Counted from the stretch's first letter, positions 1 to 9,610 are shown. The stretch: DNA of 64,000 nt from Victivallis vadensis (GCA_040394635.1 JBEBRW010000010.1:39340-103339); one strand, 5' to 3'. Notes: generated by a model from the letters alone, not told the origin. Translations and numbers: made by a program.

Positions 1-909
1 TTTGACCCCGAGCCCATGGTAATAAATCATGCCGAGGTAGTATTTGCCCAGCTCGACCTGGTCGGAGCAACTTTCGAACAGCACCCGGGCCCGTTCATAA
101 TTCAGGGCTCCGCCGAGCCCGTTGAAATAAAGCACCGCCAGGTGATAACGCGAAAAAAGATTATATTTCTCCGCCTTCTGCAGCCACTCGCGGGCCTTCC
201 GGTAATCCACCACCCCGCCTTTGCCCTCGAGGTAATACATCCCCAGCGAAGTCAAAGCCTGCGAGTTTCCGGCCTCGGCGGCCCGGTGGTACCACTCCAG
301 CGCTTTGTCATATTCCCCCTTGGCAAGGCATTGATTGCCCAGCGACTCCATGGCGCCGGTATCGCCCAGCTCCACCGCTTTTTCAAAGGCGGCGGCGGAA
401 CGGGTCAATTCGCTGCGGCGGTGATAAAGTTCGCCCAGCAGCCGCCAGGCTTCCCCGTCGTTGAATTTGGTGCCCTTAACCAGCCATACCTCGGCCCGGG
501 TCCAGTCCCGCCGGCGCATGTGCCATTCGCCAAGCTTCTTCATGGACTCCAGGTCATCCAGCGCGGCGGCGCGCTCGAGCCACTTCACGGCCTGGTCCGG
601 CTGGTTATTGGCAAACAGAATATCGCTGAGGCGACGCATGGCGGACTTGCTGTCAAACGCCGCCGCGCGCTCGTAGTACTTGATCGCCTGCGGCAAATTC
701 CGGTTCACGCCGAGCCCGTTGTCATACATGTAGGCAATGGGCAAGAAGGCGCGTTTCTCGCCGTCGCGGGCGGCAATCTGCAACTGCCTCAGCGCCTCGG
801 TAAATTGATTTTGTTTATAAAGGGCGATCCCCTTCGCATATGCACTTTCATTGCCGGCCACCCCGGCACAGATTACGACCAGCAGCAATGCTGTCAGCAG
901 AATTTTCAT
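1..909 (-). CDS. Sel1-like (TPR-family) repeat protein with a signal peptide; the C-terminus lies beyond the left window edge
   Basis: My own minus-strand translation from the ATG at 909 gives MKILLTALLLVVICAGVAGNESAYAKGIALYKQNQFTEALRQL. Repeated ~36-aa units with Sel1-type G-L-G-V endings follow (YDNGLGVNRN, YFNGLGGALN, YYHGLGVK). The frame is still open at nt 1. It is absent from the ORF track because it runs off the window. The + ORF 16..951 is its antisense shadow. Confidence 0.8.
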   Translation of the reverse strand, partial: MKILLTALLLVVICAGVAGNESAYAKGIALYKQNQFTEALRQLQIAARDGEKRAFLPIAYMYDNGLGVNRNLPQAIKYYERAAAFDSKSAMRRLSDILFANNQPDQAVKWLERAAALDDLESMKKLGEWHMRRRDWTRAEVWLVKGTKFNDGEAWRLLGELYHRRSELTRSAAAFEKAVELGDTGAMESLGNQCLAKGEYDKALEWYHRAAEAGNSQALTSLGMYYLEGKGGVVDYRKAREWLQKAEKYNLFSRYHLAVLYFNGLGGALNYERARVLFESCSDQVELGKYYLGMIYYHGLGVK

Positions 910-985
910 TTTGGCCCCCTTATCAAGAAAAAACGGCATACAGATATATGAATCCGTATGCCGCAAAAGTCAAGCCGGAATGTAA

Positions 986-3565
986 TTATTTTCCGGTTTT
1001 TTCATCCTCATCCGCAGCTGCGGCGTCGGTATTTTTTACATGCTCGGCATCCTCGAAATCCTTCATGTCGGCAGCGGACACGTGCCCGATGACGCGGCCG
1101 TCGTCAAGCACATTGACCTCGCCGCGCTGGTCGAGGAACTTGAACATCTTGTGCAGGTCCAAACTCCCGCCGATGGTGAACCAGACCGTGGAAACAATCC
1201 CGATGATGGCCGCCACCACAATGCTGGTCACATAGAAATAATCCGCCCACCATTTGCTCGGCCACGGCTGGAACACGTTCCAGATGATGACGATCAGGAA
1301 GCAGAGGACAAACCCGTAGATGAACGAATAAATGAACACCGACCACGCCAGGATTTTGTCGCCGATCGTGTACTGGGAGTCGATACCGATAATGGTATTC
1401 ATGTTCAGCTTCCGCTTGGCCAGTTCCTGCCCCTCGGTACGGTATTTGCCGCGATGCAGCATGCGGTCCATATTGAACGGCGAACGGCAGGTGATCAGCG
1501 ATATGATGACATACAACGAAACGGCCACCAGCATCGCCATGAAGAAGATTTCCTGCGAGTTGATCGGAAACTTGTCCGGCGTGGTGTTCCAGACAATATA
1601 GGGATTGAGCGGTTTCGACACGGCCGACAGGAAGTTGGTCAGCGGCACCGCCAAGCTCGCTTTGTCCAACAACGGATAAAGGTGCGCCGCCCAGAGCTGC
1701 TGACACAGAATACCGCCCACCGCAATCGCGGAACCACTGCCCAGCGCGGCAAAGGCCCCCGCCGTCGTGCCGCGTTTCCAGTAAAGGCCGAACAGGATGA
1801 CCGGTCCGGCGCCGCCGAGCCAGATCGCCCCGGTAATCGCGAAGAACATCAGAATGAAGTCCCCTTGCTTGAAAAGCAGCGAGAAGAAGAAGGCGAACGC
1901 CGCCACCCCCGCAATGATGATACGCAACAGGCGCAACTGGGTTTCCGGCTTGAACGCAGTCTTGCGGAACGGCAGGATCAAATCCTGCACGATGATACTG
2001 CCCCAGGAATGCATGTAAGTAGTATCGGTACTGATCAGCAGGAACAGCATGATCGCGCAGAAGATACCGGTAATCCCGGCAGGCAGCATTTCGCGCACCG
2101 CCATCGGCACCAGCATCTGGTTGTAGATCGTATTAAACGAGTTGCCGCGCTGAAGCGCGTCGCCGTCGGTGACTTCCGGCGATTCCTCGGCGGTCACGTT
2201 AATCGCCACTTTGGCGATATCACGGTAGATTTCCGTGGCTTCCGAGAGAAACACGCGCTTGTCGGTCGTGGAATTTTCCGGGTTGTCAATATCGTAACCG
2301 GCCTTGACCGCGGCTTCACGGATGGCCGGGCTGATTTTACCCTCGGTCAGATATTCCTTGAACTCCACGGATTTGTCTTCGTCGAAACGCAGGTCGATCA
2401 GGCGCAACTGACGGCGGCGGAAAGCTTCCGTATAGGCTTTGGATTTTTCCGGATTGACCAGGTCGTAACCGGCCTCGGCAGCGGCAGCCTGGAGCCGCGG
2501 ACTGATGGTTCCGTCGTTGATATAATTCTCAATATCCTTGCGGGTTTCCGCAAAAACCGGCTCCGGCACGATATCCGACATAGTCTTGACGGTCAACTGC
2601 TTGCTGACATTTTCCGCAAACGGCTTGTAGTTCGCGTGCTTCATATAAGTGAACGCCGCAATCGCCAGCAATGTATACATCATAACCGAGAAACCACTAC
2701 GCCACGTACCGAGCAATCCCCCCATCTTCTGTTCGTGCGGAGTCGCTGCGGCCGCGTTGTACCCCTGGGTACCGGACCACGACATGCGGTTGAAAATCGA
2801 ACTGAAAATACCGACAAAAACATAAAACAGATTGAAATTACGAAGCTTGTCGACATCGTACGGGTTGAGGAAACTTTTTTGAGGGTCGGTATCCAGCAGC
2901 ACCGGCGCCATTTCCTGCGACCAGGAAAAACGGTAAAGGATATACCCCACCACCACCACATACATCGGATAACTCAAAATCCCCTGAATACAGTCGGTAA
3001 CCATGATGGTGACCTGGCCGCCGAACATCACGATCGCCACGGCGATCCCGAGGAAAAACATCATGCACAACGCAAAAGTGGGAAACTGAAAGCCGAAAAC
3101 CGGAATATGAGTCGGCAAATCGAGGAAGTAAATCAGGAAACGCGCGCCCACCGCCGGGAAAATCGCATAGTTGATCACCCCTGAAATCGACTGAAGGGCC
3201 GCGGCGAAAATACGAAACGATTTGTTGTAACGCATTTCCAGAAATTGCCCCATGGTCATGGCGCGGGTTTCGCGGTAACGGTAAATACAGAACCCGGTCA
3301 AGGCGAAAATCAGCCCGAGCGGCCCGGTGATCCGCTGCCAGAAACTGACCCCGAATCCGCAGGTATAGTACATTTCAAACATCGCCACCACGCTGATCAG
3401 CCCCATCGCGGCTTCACCGCTGGCCACTGCCACCACATAACGGCCCGCTACCCGGCCCGCGGTCAGAAAGTCGGCCACGCCTTTGACGTAGCGTTGGGTT
3501 CTTATCCCCAACCATAACACCACCAATAGCGGAATTATGACCAACACATAATCGATTGGAAACAT
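986..3565 (-). CDS. Sodium:solute symporter family transporter with a ~170-aa hydrophilic insertion and an acidic C-terminal tail
   Basis: An 859-aa ORF with many hydrophobic helices and an SSF-like N-terminus (ADFLTAGR..G..V..A..A..M). A soluble insert spans aa ~311-483. The overlapping + ORFs are Arg/His/Pro-rich antisense artefacts. Confidence 0.85.
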   Translation of the reverse strand: MFPIDYVLVIIPLLVVLWLGIRTQRYVKGVADFLTAGRVAGRYVVAVASGEAAMGLISVVAMFEMYYTCGFGVSFWQRITGPLGLIFALTGFCIYRYRETRAMTMGQFLEMRYNKSFRIFAAALQSISGVINYAIFPAVGARFLIYFLDLPTHIPVFGFQFPTFALCMMFFLGIAVAIVMFGGQVTIMVTDCIQGILSYPMYVVVVGYILYRFSWSQEMAPVLLDTDPQKSFLNPYDVDKLRNFNLFYVFVGIFSSIFNRMSWSGTQGYNAAAATPHEQKMGGLLGTWRSGFSVMMYTLLAIAAFTYMKHANYKPFAENVSKQLTVKTMSDIVPEPVFAETRKDIENYINDGTISPRLQAAAAEAGYDLVNPEKSKAYTEAFRRRQLRLIDLRFDEDKSVEFKEYLTEGKISPAIREAAVKAGYDIDNPENSTTDKRVFLSEATEIYRDIAKVAINVTAEESPEVTDGDALQRGNSFNTIYNQMLVPMAVREMLPAGITGIFCAIMLFLLISTDTTYMHSWGSIIVQDLILPFRKTAFKPETQLRLLRIIIAGVAAFAFFFSLLFKQGDFILMFFAITGAIWLGGAGPVILFGLYWKRGTTAGAFAALGSGSAIAVGGILCQQLWAAHLYPLLDKASLAVPLTNFLSAVSKPLNPYIVWNTTPDKFPINSQEIFFMAMLVAVSLYVIISLITCRSPFNMDRMLHRGKYRTEGQELAKRKLNMNTIIGIDSQYTIGDKILAWSVFIYSFIYGFVLCFLIVIIWNVFQPWPSKWWADYFYVTSIVVAAIIGIVSTVWFTIGGSLDLHKMFKFLDQRGEVNVLDDGRVIGHVSAADMKDFEDAEHVKNTDAAAADEDEKTGK

Positions 3566-3721
3566 TGCTTCTTCCTTCCTTTGTTTTCCGTTTAATTATT
3601 GCTGTTAATTTTATGATTTTTTGGTTTTATACGGTTTACTGAAATTTCCCCGGACGTTTCCCCTTCCTTTGTTCATTGTTCAATATTGCTTTAAGAAAAT
3701 AAAATTCCTGTCAAACCTACA

Positions 3722-3937
3722 TTAAAGCAAACCGCTTTTCAATCTCTTTAGTAGAAAATTTCCCGAAAAATCCCGGGAAATTTCCAAAAATTTTCGGTCA
3801 AGTGGGTTGACAAGACTTTTTTGCAAATATTTTCGCAATTTTTCACTATCCCGGATTTGTTCATCTTTCAAACATAATAGCTTATGCTTCGGTAGATTGG
3901 TAGTACCAATAGGCACAGAAAAGGGAACCGCAACCAT
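3722..3937 (-). CDS. Possible small basic protein (71 aa) in an AT-rich intergenic island; very uncertain
   Basis: An ORF of this length is less expected by chance in AT-rich DNA. No clear RBS and no recognisable motif. Confidence 0.2.
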   Translation of the reverse strand: MVAVPFSVPIGTTNLPKHKLLCLKDEQIRDSEKLRKYLQKSLVNPLDRKFLEISRDFSGNFLLKRLKSGLL

Positions 3938-3994
3938 GATTGGACGACAGCAATAAATTCGCTTATCCTACCACTGATTCGGTTCCCGTTATGA

Positions 3995-4408
3995 TTAATC
4001 CTGAATACTGGTGCCGACGCTGGAGATCCCGTCGGCGCCAACGGTCAGGTCCTGCCTGGTGGCCTGAATCGTCCTGGCAATGCCATCCCAGTTTTTCTGA
4101 TTGGGGAGCGTCGAGATTACGCCGCTGTCGGACTTGCCGGCAAATATCTTGGCGCCGGGCGTCGGGTCCTGCGTGGTCGCAATGCTGACCGATGCATACG
4201 CCATCCACCCGGACTGCCAGGCTATGACCGTTTTATTTTTCGTGCTCTCGCTCAGGGTCTTGACGACCGATTCGCTGGATTGAATCACCTGCTCAATGCT
4301 GCCGTCCTCGCGATAGATCGTGGTGGTGGACCGGGTCGGCGCAAAACATCCGGCGGTCATCAGCATTGCTCCAGCAGCAATGATTAATTTCTGCATATTT
4401 TTACTCAT
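3995..4408 (-). CDS. Small lipoprotein, the last gene of the tail operon
   Basis: Signal peptide with a lipobox (AMLMTAGC). The start overlaps the stop of the upstream fibre gene by 8 nt, which suggests translational coupling. Confidence 0.6.
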   Translation of the reverse strand: MSKNMQKLIIAAGAMLMTAGCFAPTRSTTTIYREDGSIEQVIQSSESVVKTLSESTKNKTVIAWQSGWMAYASVSIATTQDPTPGAKIFAGKSDSGVISTLPNQKNWDGIARTIQATRQDLTVGADGISSVGTSIQD

Positions 4409-5456
4409 CGGGGGCTCCCCAGCTGTAGAATGCGCTCACGGCTTCACCGGCCCAACTGGTGGAGCCGTCCGGATTGATGGTGACGGGACGAACCTCGATT
4501 GTGCCCGTAGTGGTATCGGCATCGCCCACAGTCACCGCGGGAACGCCGCCTGAACCGCCGGCAGCGGCCACTGCGCCGGGCTTCCAGGCTTGGGTAGCCG
4601 CCTCATAAACCAACGCCTGCCCATCGGATGCGTCGGACAAGCCGGACACGTCGGACAAGTCAGCCAGAGAGCTTGCACCGGCAGGGCCCCGGTCCCCTTT
4701 GTCGCCTTTGGGGCCGGGTTCTCCCGTATCGCCTTTTTCGCCCTGATCGCCTTTGGGGCCGGGTGCTCCGGTATCGCCTTTTTCCCCGGCCGGGCCGCCG
4801 GCTATCTTCAAGGGATCGGACCAGAGGCCGCCGATTTCACGGTTGCGAAGGCGGTACCAGCGGGCATTTTCGACACTCGCGGACCAATCGCCCGGCTCGG
4901 ACTCATTCGAAGAATATTGCAGCTCGAGACCGGCCTGCCAGAGCGATTCCACCCACGTGCGGTCCGCCCAATGCGCGGCCACCTCTTTCGGCTCCGTGCC
5001 GGAAACCGGGTCGATCGGCATAATTGCCTTGATGGGAAATTTACAATAATAAACCGCTTTGCCGCTGGTCTCCATGCCCCACAACTCAAACCAGGCGCCA
5101 ATGGATTCCCGCCCGTTGAGAGCAGCCAGGAAGTTAACCGTGTTGGCATTGATGACAAGCCCGACTTCGCCTTGTGCCAGGCCGGACGTATCGATATTTT
5201 CGCTCAATATCCGGCACATGGGTTCAGTGGTACAGTCATGGTCGCAATCGATCGCGGCCCGCCAGCTCGGCACTTCCGTCAGGTCAAGCGGCTTAAGCTG
5301 ACCGGACTCGGACGAACACAGCTGAATGGTCCATTCGGGCGAAGTGGCGAAGGCAATTTCCGGCTTCGTCAAACTACTCCCGCCAACGTTTCCCGGCTCC
5401 GAGTCACTGACGCGCCTGCGCAGGGTATTTGTGCTAACATTGTACTGATACAGCAT
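4401..5456 (-). CDS. Tail-fibre-like protein with a collagen-like G-X-Y segment
   Basis: A 351-aa ORF with 13 uninterrupted G-X-Y triplets (GPAGEKGDTGAPGPKGDQGEKGDTGEPGPKGDKGDRGPAG). It sits at the distal end of a tail gene string. Confidence 0.8.
   Translation of the reverse strand: MLYQYNVSTNTLRRRVSDSEPGNVGGSSLTKPEIAFATSPEWTIQLCSSESGQLKPLDLTEVPSWRAAIDCDHDCTTEPMCRILSENIDTSGLAQGEVGLVINANTVNFLAALNGRESIGAWFELWGMETSGKAVYYCKFPIKAIMPIDPVSGTEPKEVAAHWADRTWVESLWQAGLELQYSSNESEPGDWSASVENARWYRLRNREIGGLWSDPLKIAGGPAGEKGDTGAPGPKGDQGEKGDTGEPGPKGDKGDRGPAGASSLADLSDVSGLSDASDGQALVYEAATQAWKPGAVAAAGGSGGVPAVTVGDADTTTGTIEVRPVTINPDGSTSWAGEAVSAFYSWGAPDE
4677..4796 (-). repeat. Collagen-like G-X-Y triplet repeat (coding)
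   Basis: aa 221-260 of the 351-aa ORF. It contains the internal duplicate GEKGDTG(A/E)PGPKGD. Confidence 0.85.
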
Positions 5457-5459
5457 ATT

Positions 5460-6854
5460 TTATCCTTTTTTGTTTGCCGGGGTGTTTTTTGCTCCGGACA
5501 TTATTTGTTGATATTTGGCGAACAATTCTTCGCCGACCTGGCTGCGGAACCATGGCTCGTGCTCATGTTCCGATTTCTCAAATTTCTTGCGGTGTTCACC
5601 CGTGAAGCCGTTTCTGCTCAACCCTTTGATTCCGATCGGAATGGTTTCGCCGGGGTATTTCCTCATGGTTTTGTCGGCAAACTTGTGCCAGAGGTCGATG
5701 TCCACGAAGTTGCCTTCGCAGGAGCGGACAATGTCGATAAACCGGTCGCGATGCCGGAAATGGCAGCCGCTGAGCGCGGTAATGCACAGGTCCTCGCGTT
5801 GATTTACCAGCCGGTGTTTTTCCAGCGGCCAGTAATAAGTCGCGTTTTTCCAGCCGAAAAGACCGGTACTGCTCCGGGCCAGTTTGACCGTTTCGGCCAG
5901 GTATTCCGGCGGATAGAAATCATCGTCCTCCATGAAGATGATGATGCCGCCGTTCCATTCCTTTAGTCCGGCCAGAAGATTTTCGCGGTGCGTGAAACGC
6001 TTTTTCGGGTCATGTTCCCGGCGGATATATTTGCAGGCGCGGGCGGGACCGACCGGCTCTTTGCCGTCATCCACCACGACCCATTGGAAATTCTGGAAGG
6101 TCTGGTTATTGAGCATTTTTTCGTGCAGGGCAAACAGCGCCTGACGGTCGCGGGTCACCGTCAGGACCGTAACTTTCGCCTCGCGGGCCGCCAGTCCCGC
6201 CAACTCCAGCGCCCGGCTCAGAAGCGGATTGAAATCCGGCACATATTCCTGCTCCGTCATGATCTTCAGCCGCTTTTCACGGATCTCCGCCGCGAATTCG
6301 GGGTCCATGGCGAAACATTCCTGTTCCGCCTGGCTCAAATTGCCGATCGCCCAGGCCCGGTGAACCGGATATCCGTGCTGGGCCTCGATCATCAGGATAC
6401 CCGCATCCGCCAGATGCTTCAGCACGCATTGCGGACAGGCCGGACGCGGGAAGCTGAAGTCCCCCGTATCGGCGCTTTTCACCGCCGCCCGCGCCGGGCG
6501 CGCATACATCCCCAGTACCGGAAGCTGCGCCGCAGGGATTCCGGCGGCCTGTTCTTCCGTCAGCACCCGGGGCCATGTCTGGGCGGAAACCCGGTTCATG
6601 ACGTCCTCGCCGAACCGTGCTTTCAGCTTTTCCCGGCTCTCTTCCGTCCATTTGATCGAGGCCAGGAACTGAATCAAATGGGCAATGATGGTTTTCCGGT
6701 GGCAGCGGCTGCAGCTTTTCAGCTTTTCGTTCATCGCGTTTACCGGGGCCTCCAGATTGGGCAGCAGCTCGGTCAGGAACCCGATGTTTCCGGTGAAATC
6801 CTGGTGTGTTTTCTCATCCAGGTTCGACAAAAATTCTTTGGTTTGCAGAGACAT
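5460..6854 (-). CDS. Two-domain protein: an N-terminal Cys-pair domain fused to a GT-A (family-2-like) glycosyltransferase domain
   Basis: The C-terminal half has VTVLTVTRDR...FQWVVVDDG and a DXD-type FMEDDDFYP motif. The N-terminal half has CSRC and CPQC pairs. Confidence 0.75.
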   Translation of the reverse strand: MSLQTKEFLSNLDEKTHQDFTGNIGFLTELLPNLEAPVNAMNEKLKSCSRCHRKTIIAHLIQFLASIKWTEESREKLKARFGEDVMNRVSAQTWPRVLTEEQAAGIPAAQLPVLGMYARPARAAVKSADTGDFSFPRPACPQCVLKHLADAGILMIEAQHGYPVHRAWAIGNLSQAEQECFAMDPEFAAEIREKRLKIMTEQEYVPDFNPLLSRALELAGLAAREAKVTVLTVTRDRQALFALHEKMLNNQTFQNFQWVVVDDGKEPVGPARACKYIRREHDPKKRFTHRENLLAGLKEWNGGIIIFMEDDDFYPPEYLAETVKLARSSTGLFGWKNATYYWPLEKHRLVNQREDLCITALSGCHFRHRDRFIDIVRSCEGNFVDIDLWHKFADKTMRKYPGETIPIGIKGLSRNGFTGEHRKKFEKSEHEHEPWFRSQVGEELFAKYQQIMSGAKNTPANKKG

Positions 6855-6864
6855 ATATCCTCCT

Positions 6865-9609
6865 TTATTCGGTCTCGAATCGATTCATAGCGGTACCGCA
6901 GTCGAAATCATCCGACCAGCTGTCGACTTCGCCGTTATAGTTCCAATATTGATAGGGCGTGGAGTTGCAGATATACTGTCCGCACCCGACATTTCCCCAA
7001 TACCCCCTGCACTGTTGGATATGGTAGTCAAGTTCGTTTAGCGGAGCGAAGGGCTCATCCACAAAGTCACATAATTCCTGGCTGGTCGCAAATCCCATTA
7101 CCAGACTTCGGATGATGGTATTGGACGAGTCACTGCTTTCGCTGTAAAAACAGTCCCCATTGCTTCCCGATCCCGAATCCGAAGCGGAGCAGCTTTCGGT
7201 ATATGGGAAACCCCGTTCCGCTTCTTTTGGCGGAATCTGATAAAAGACATAAGCTACCTGGTGATACGTGCCGCCGTTTGCCGAGGAACCTTCGCACGAG
7301 CCCGAATAACTGACGGAATAATTCGATGAACTGTAATGATCAACCCGGATTGCATAATACAAACCCTGATAATAGGCGATCATAGAATTCAACCACTTCT
7401 GATACAGAGCATTGTTCTCGTACACCCAGAGATCAATTTCATGTACCGAATCGAGAAACGGCGTCAGCCGGCGGAACTCAAATTCATACCCGTCCGGTAA
7501 CTGAAGATATCCGAATAATTCATCATTTTCCGGATCAAGAAGAGTATTGGGATTTACCGGAATCGGCACATTCAAATGATTGTCATAGGAAATAACGAAC
7601 TGATTATTTTCAATTTTCACATTGAACACTCCGATCCCATACTGTTTGCCTCCTTTCCAGGCACTTTTGTCACATTCACGATAATCGGATGACCAGTTGC
7701 AATCATAATAATGAGACCAACCGTGAGGGGTCCAGTAAGCACCATATAGCCTGGTATATTTACCATTTATATCCGGAGTTCCGTCGCCATCGCCACCGTC
7801 AGAGCCGTCACCAGTTCCATCGCCGGTTCCATCACCAGTACCATCACCAGTACCATCACCAGTACCATCGCCAGTGCCATCACCAGTGCCATCGCCAGTA
7901 CCATCACCAGTTCCATCACCAGTTCCATCACCAGTGCCGTCACCAGTTCCATCGCCAGTGCCGTCACCAGTGCCGTCACCAGTGCCATCGCCAGTGCCAT
8001 CACCAGTACCATCACCAGTACCATCACCAGTACCATCACCAGTACCATCACCAGTACCATCGCCAGAGCCGTCACCAGTTCCGTCACCAGTTCCATCGCC
8101 AGAGCCGTCACCAGTTCCGTCACTGCTGCCATCACTAGAGCCATCGCTGGAGCCATCACTGGAGCCATCGCTACTGCCATCGCTGGAGCCATCACTGGAG
8201 CCATCGCTACTGCCATCACTGCTACCATCGCTACTGCCATCACTGCTACCATCGCTAGAGCCATCACTGCTACCATCGCTAGAGCCATCACTGCTGCCGT
8301 CACTGGAGCCATCGCTTGAGCTATCACTATTGCCATCATTGCTCAATCCGCCGTAGTAATCTCTCAACCACGAGTCCTTCACCGGAATATTCGTTTTTAA
8401 CCATGGACTGTATGCTCCCGTCTTGTCTTCCTCATCTTCCGTCTCCGGGGGCCTGCTGCCATCGGGCTCCTCTTCCACCACGACACACTCACAGTCATTG
8501 ATTTTCAACGTGAAGTCGGCATAGCGGGGCATATAAGACGGTTTCTCCTTGCTCGAATTTTTCATGATCAGACGATCATAGTAAAATCCCGAATAGATAA
8601 ATAAATTCCCCTGTTCTGCCGGAATCCAGTCTTTGACGCTGGTATTGTTGCGGACATACCACTCATCGTAAACCGCCTTGCGTCTTGCCAGTTCCACCTT
8701 GTACGCTTCTTTGTCTTCTTCCGTGGCCTTTTCGCCCGGCTTCGGCAATTTATCAAACACCGGCTCGGGCTCACAGCCAAAGTCTGATGTAGTGGAAAAA
8801 ACCAGTTTTCCACTGATCGGACCGTCAAACAAATCACACACATCCGCCGCCCGGATCAGGACCGACGTTTTCTGAATCACCGTCCCCAAATCCCCCCGCG
8901 GCAAAACGTCGATTATCCCCATAGTGTGGCCCTGAAGTACCCTGTTATGAAAATTCGGAAAACTGCTCTGGGTGGCCGCGCCGCTGTAAAACCGGGCCCA
9001 GGGCGGACGCTCCTTCACCGGAATATCCCGCATTTCGCGGCTCAACTCCATGAACTCCTCCGTCGCCATCGAGGTGAACGGACAAATTTCCGAACCGCGA
9101 AATGTCAGCTGCCGGAGCTGAACCCCGAGCTCGCTGTCCACCAGCTCCCCGAAGGTATTTGCGAGAAGCCCCAGATATACCACCGCATAACATGCATGCG
9201 TACTGAAGGTCCCGTGGTTTTTCGGCTTTCTGCTCGTGAAATAGAGCCTGTCCGGCAGCCCGATGAACCTGCGGCAGCCCATTTTGGCGTTATAACGCGG
9301 ATAGTATTTCCGCAGGTGGCTGAGCCACTCCGGAGAATCCACTTTGGCCAGCTGCAGATGATACGTGCCGTCGATATGATCCAGTGGCCAGCGCAGCTCC
9401 GGGTTGCCCCAGCCCAATTCGGCATGAAATATCCCAAGTTTATCGATGCCGGACAGCGTCACCGTGGCCGAAGCGTCCTCCGTGCAGAACATTTTGCCGC
9501 ACAACGTATTGTCCACGACCGTACCGCCTCCGCCGCCGCCGGAATCGGATAATTCGTCTTCCTCATTGCGGCACGGACATTTTTTCGCTTTCAATGGTAC
9601 CAGCCTCAT
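6865..9609 (-). CDS. Large Cys/Tyr/Trp-rich tail-associated protein with a central (SSDG)n(TGDG)n low-complexity linker
   Basis: A 914-aa ORF in the tail operon, 1 nt downstream of the preceding gene's stop. The repeat tract spans aa ~424-610. Confidence 0.8.
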   Translation of the reverse strand: MRLVPLKAKKCPCRNEEDELSDSGGGGGGTVVDNTLCGKMFCTEDASATVTLSGIDKLGIFHAELGWGNPELRWPLDHIDGTYHLQLAKVDSPEWLSHLRKYYPRYNAKMGCRRFIGLPDRLYFTSRKPKNHGTFSTHACYAVVYLGLLANTFGELVDSELGVQLRQLTFRGSEICPFTSMATEEFMELSREMRDIPVKERPPWARFYSGAATQSSFPNFHNRVLQGHTMGIIDVLPRGDLGTVIQKTSVLIRAADVCDLFDGPISGKLVFSTTSDFGCEPEPVFDKLPKPGEKATEEDKEAYKVELARRKAVYDEWYVRNNTSVKDWIPAEQGNLFIYSGFYYDRLIMKNSSKEKPSYMPRYADFTLKINDCECVVVEEEPDGSRPPETEDEEDKTGAYSPWLKTNIPVKDSWLRDYYGGLSNDGNSDSSSDGSSDGSSDGSSDGSSDGSSDGSSDGSSDGSSDGSSDGSSDGSSDGSSDGSSDGSSDGSSDGSSDGTGDGSGDGTGDGTGDGSGDGTGDGTGDGTGDGTGDGTGDGTGDGTGDGTGDGTGDGTGDGTGDGTGDGTGDGTGDGTGDGTGDGTGDGTGDGTGDGTGDGTGDGSDGGDGDGTPDINGKYTRLYGAYWTPHGWSHYYDCNWSSDYRECDKSAWKGGKQYGIGVFNVKIENNQFVISYDNHLNVPIPVNPNTLLDPENDELFGYLQLPDGYEFEFRRLTPFLDSVHEIDLWVYENNALYQKWLNSMIAYYQGLYYAIRVDHYSSSNYSVSYSGSCEGSSANGGTYHQVAYVFYQIPPKEAERGFPYTESCSASDSGSGSNGDCFYSESSDSSNTIIRSLVMGFATSQELCDFVDEPFAPLNELDYHIQQCRGYWGNVGCGQYICNSTPYQYWNYNGEVDSWSDDFDCGTAMNRFETE
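7780..8340 (-). repeat. 12-nt-period tandem repeat (coding) encoding tetrapeptide units
   Basis: About 561 nt. From tract length I estimate roughly 18 SSDG-type units (8121-8340) and 28 (T/S)GDG-type units (7780-8120). Five identical 12-mers (caccagtaccat) occupy 8001..8060. Elsewhere the units differ at synonymous positions. Confidence 0.95.
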
Positions 9610-9610
9610 A

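Noticed and set aside
16-951. 311-aa + strand ORF at the left edge
   Set aside because: It is the antisense shadow of a clear Sel1-repeat gene on the minus strand (start at 909). Its composition is Gly/Pro/Ala/Arg-rich with no motifs.
1040-3184. 714-aa + strand ORF
   Set aside because: It lies fully inside and antisense to the sodium:solute symporter gene. It is extremely Arg/His/Asp/Pro-rich with no hydrophobic core pattern, a typical high-GC artefact.
3566-3994. tRNA gene or attachment site at the island border
   Set aside because: I could not fold any cloverleaf-like segment by eye. I found no direct repeat matching the other island border (15626..15670).
7780-8340. Possible CRISPR array or minisatellite
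   Set aside because: The period is only 12 nt, there are no unique spacers, and the tract lies in frame within a long ORF. It is not a CRISPR array.
7689-8356. Three alternative-frame ORFs over the 12-nt repeat (HQYH, MALV and PSPV repeat proteins)
   Set aside because: They exist only because a 12-nt repeat is open in every frame. The frame belonging to the 914-aa ORF continues into non-repetitive, well-behaved sequence on both sides.
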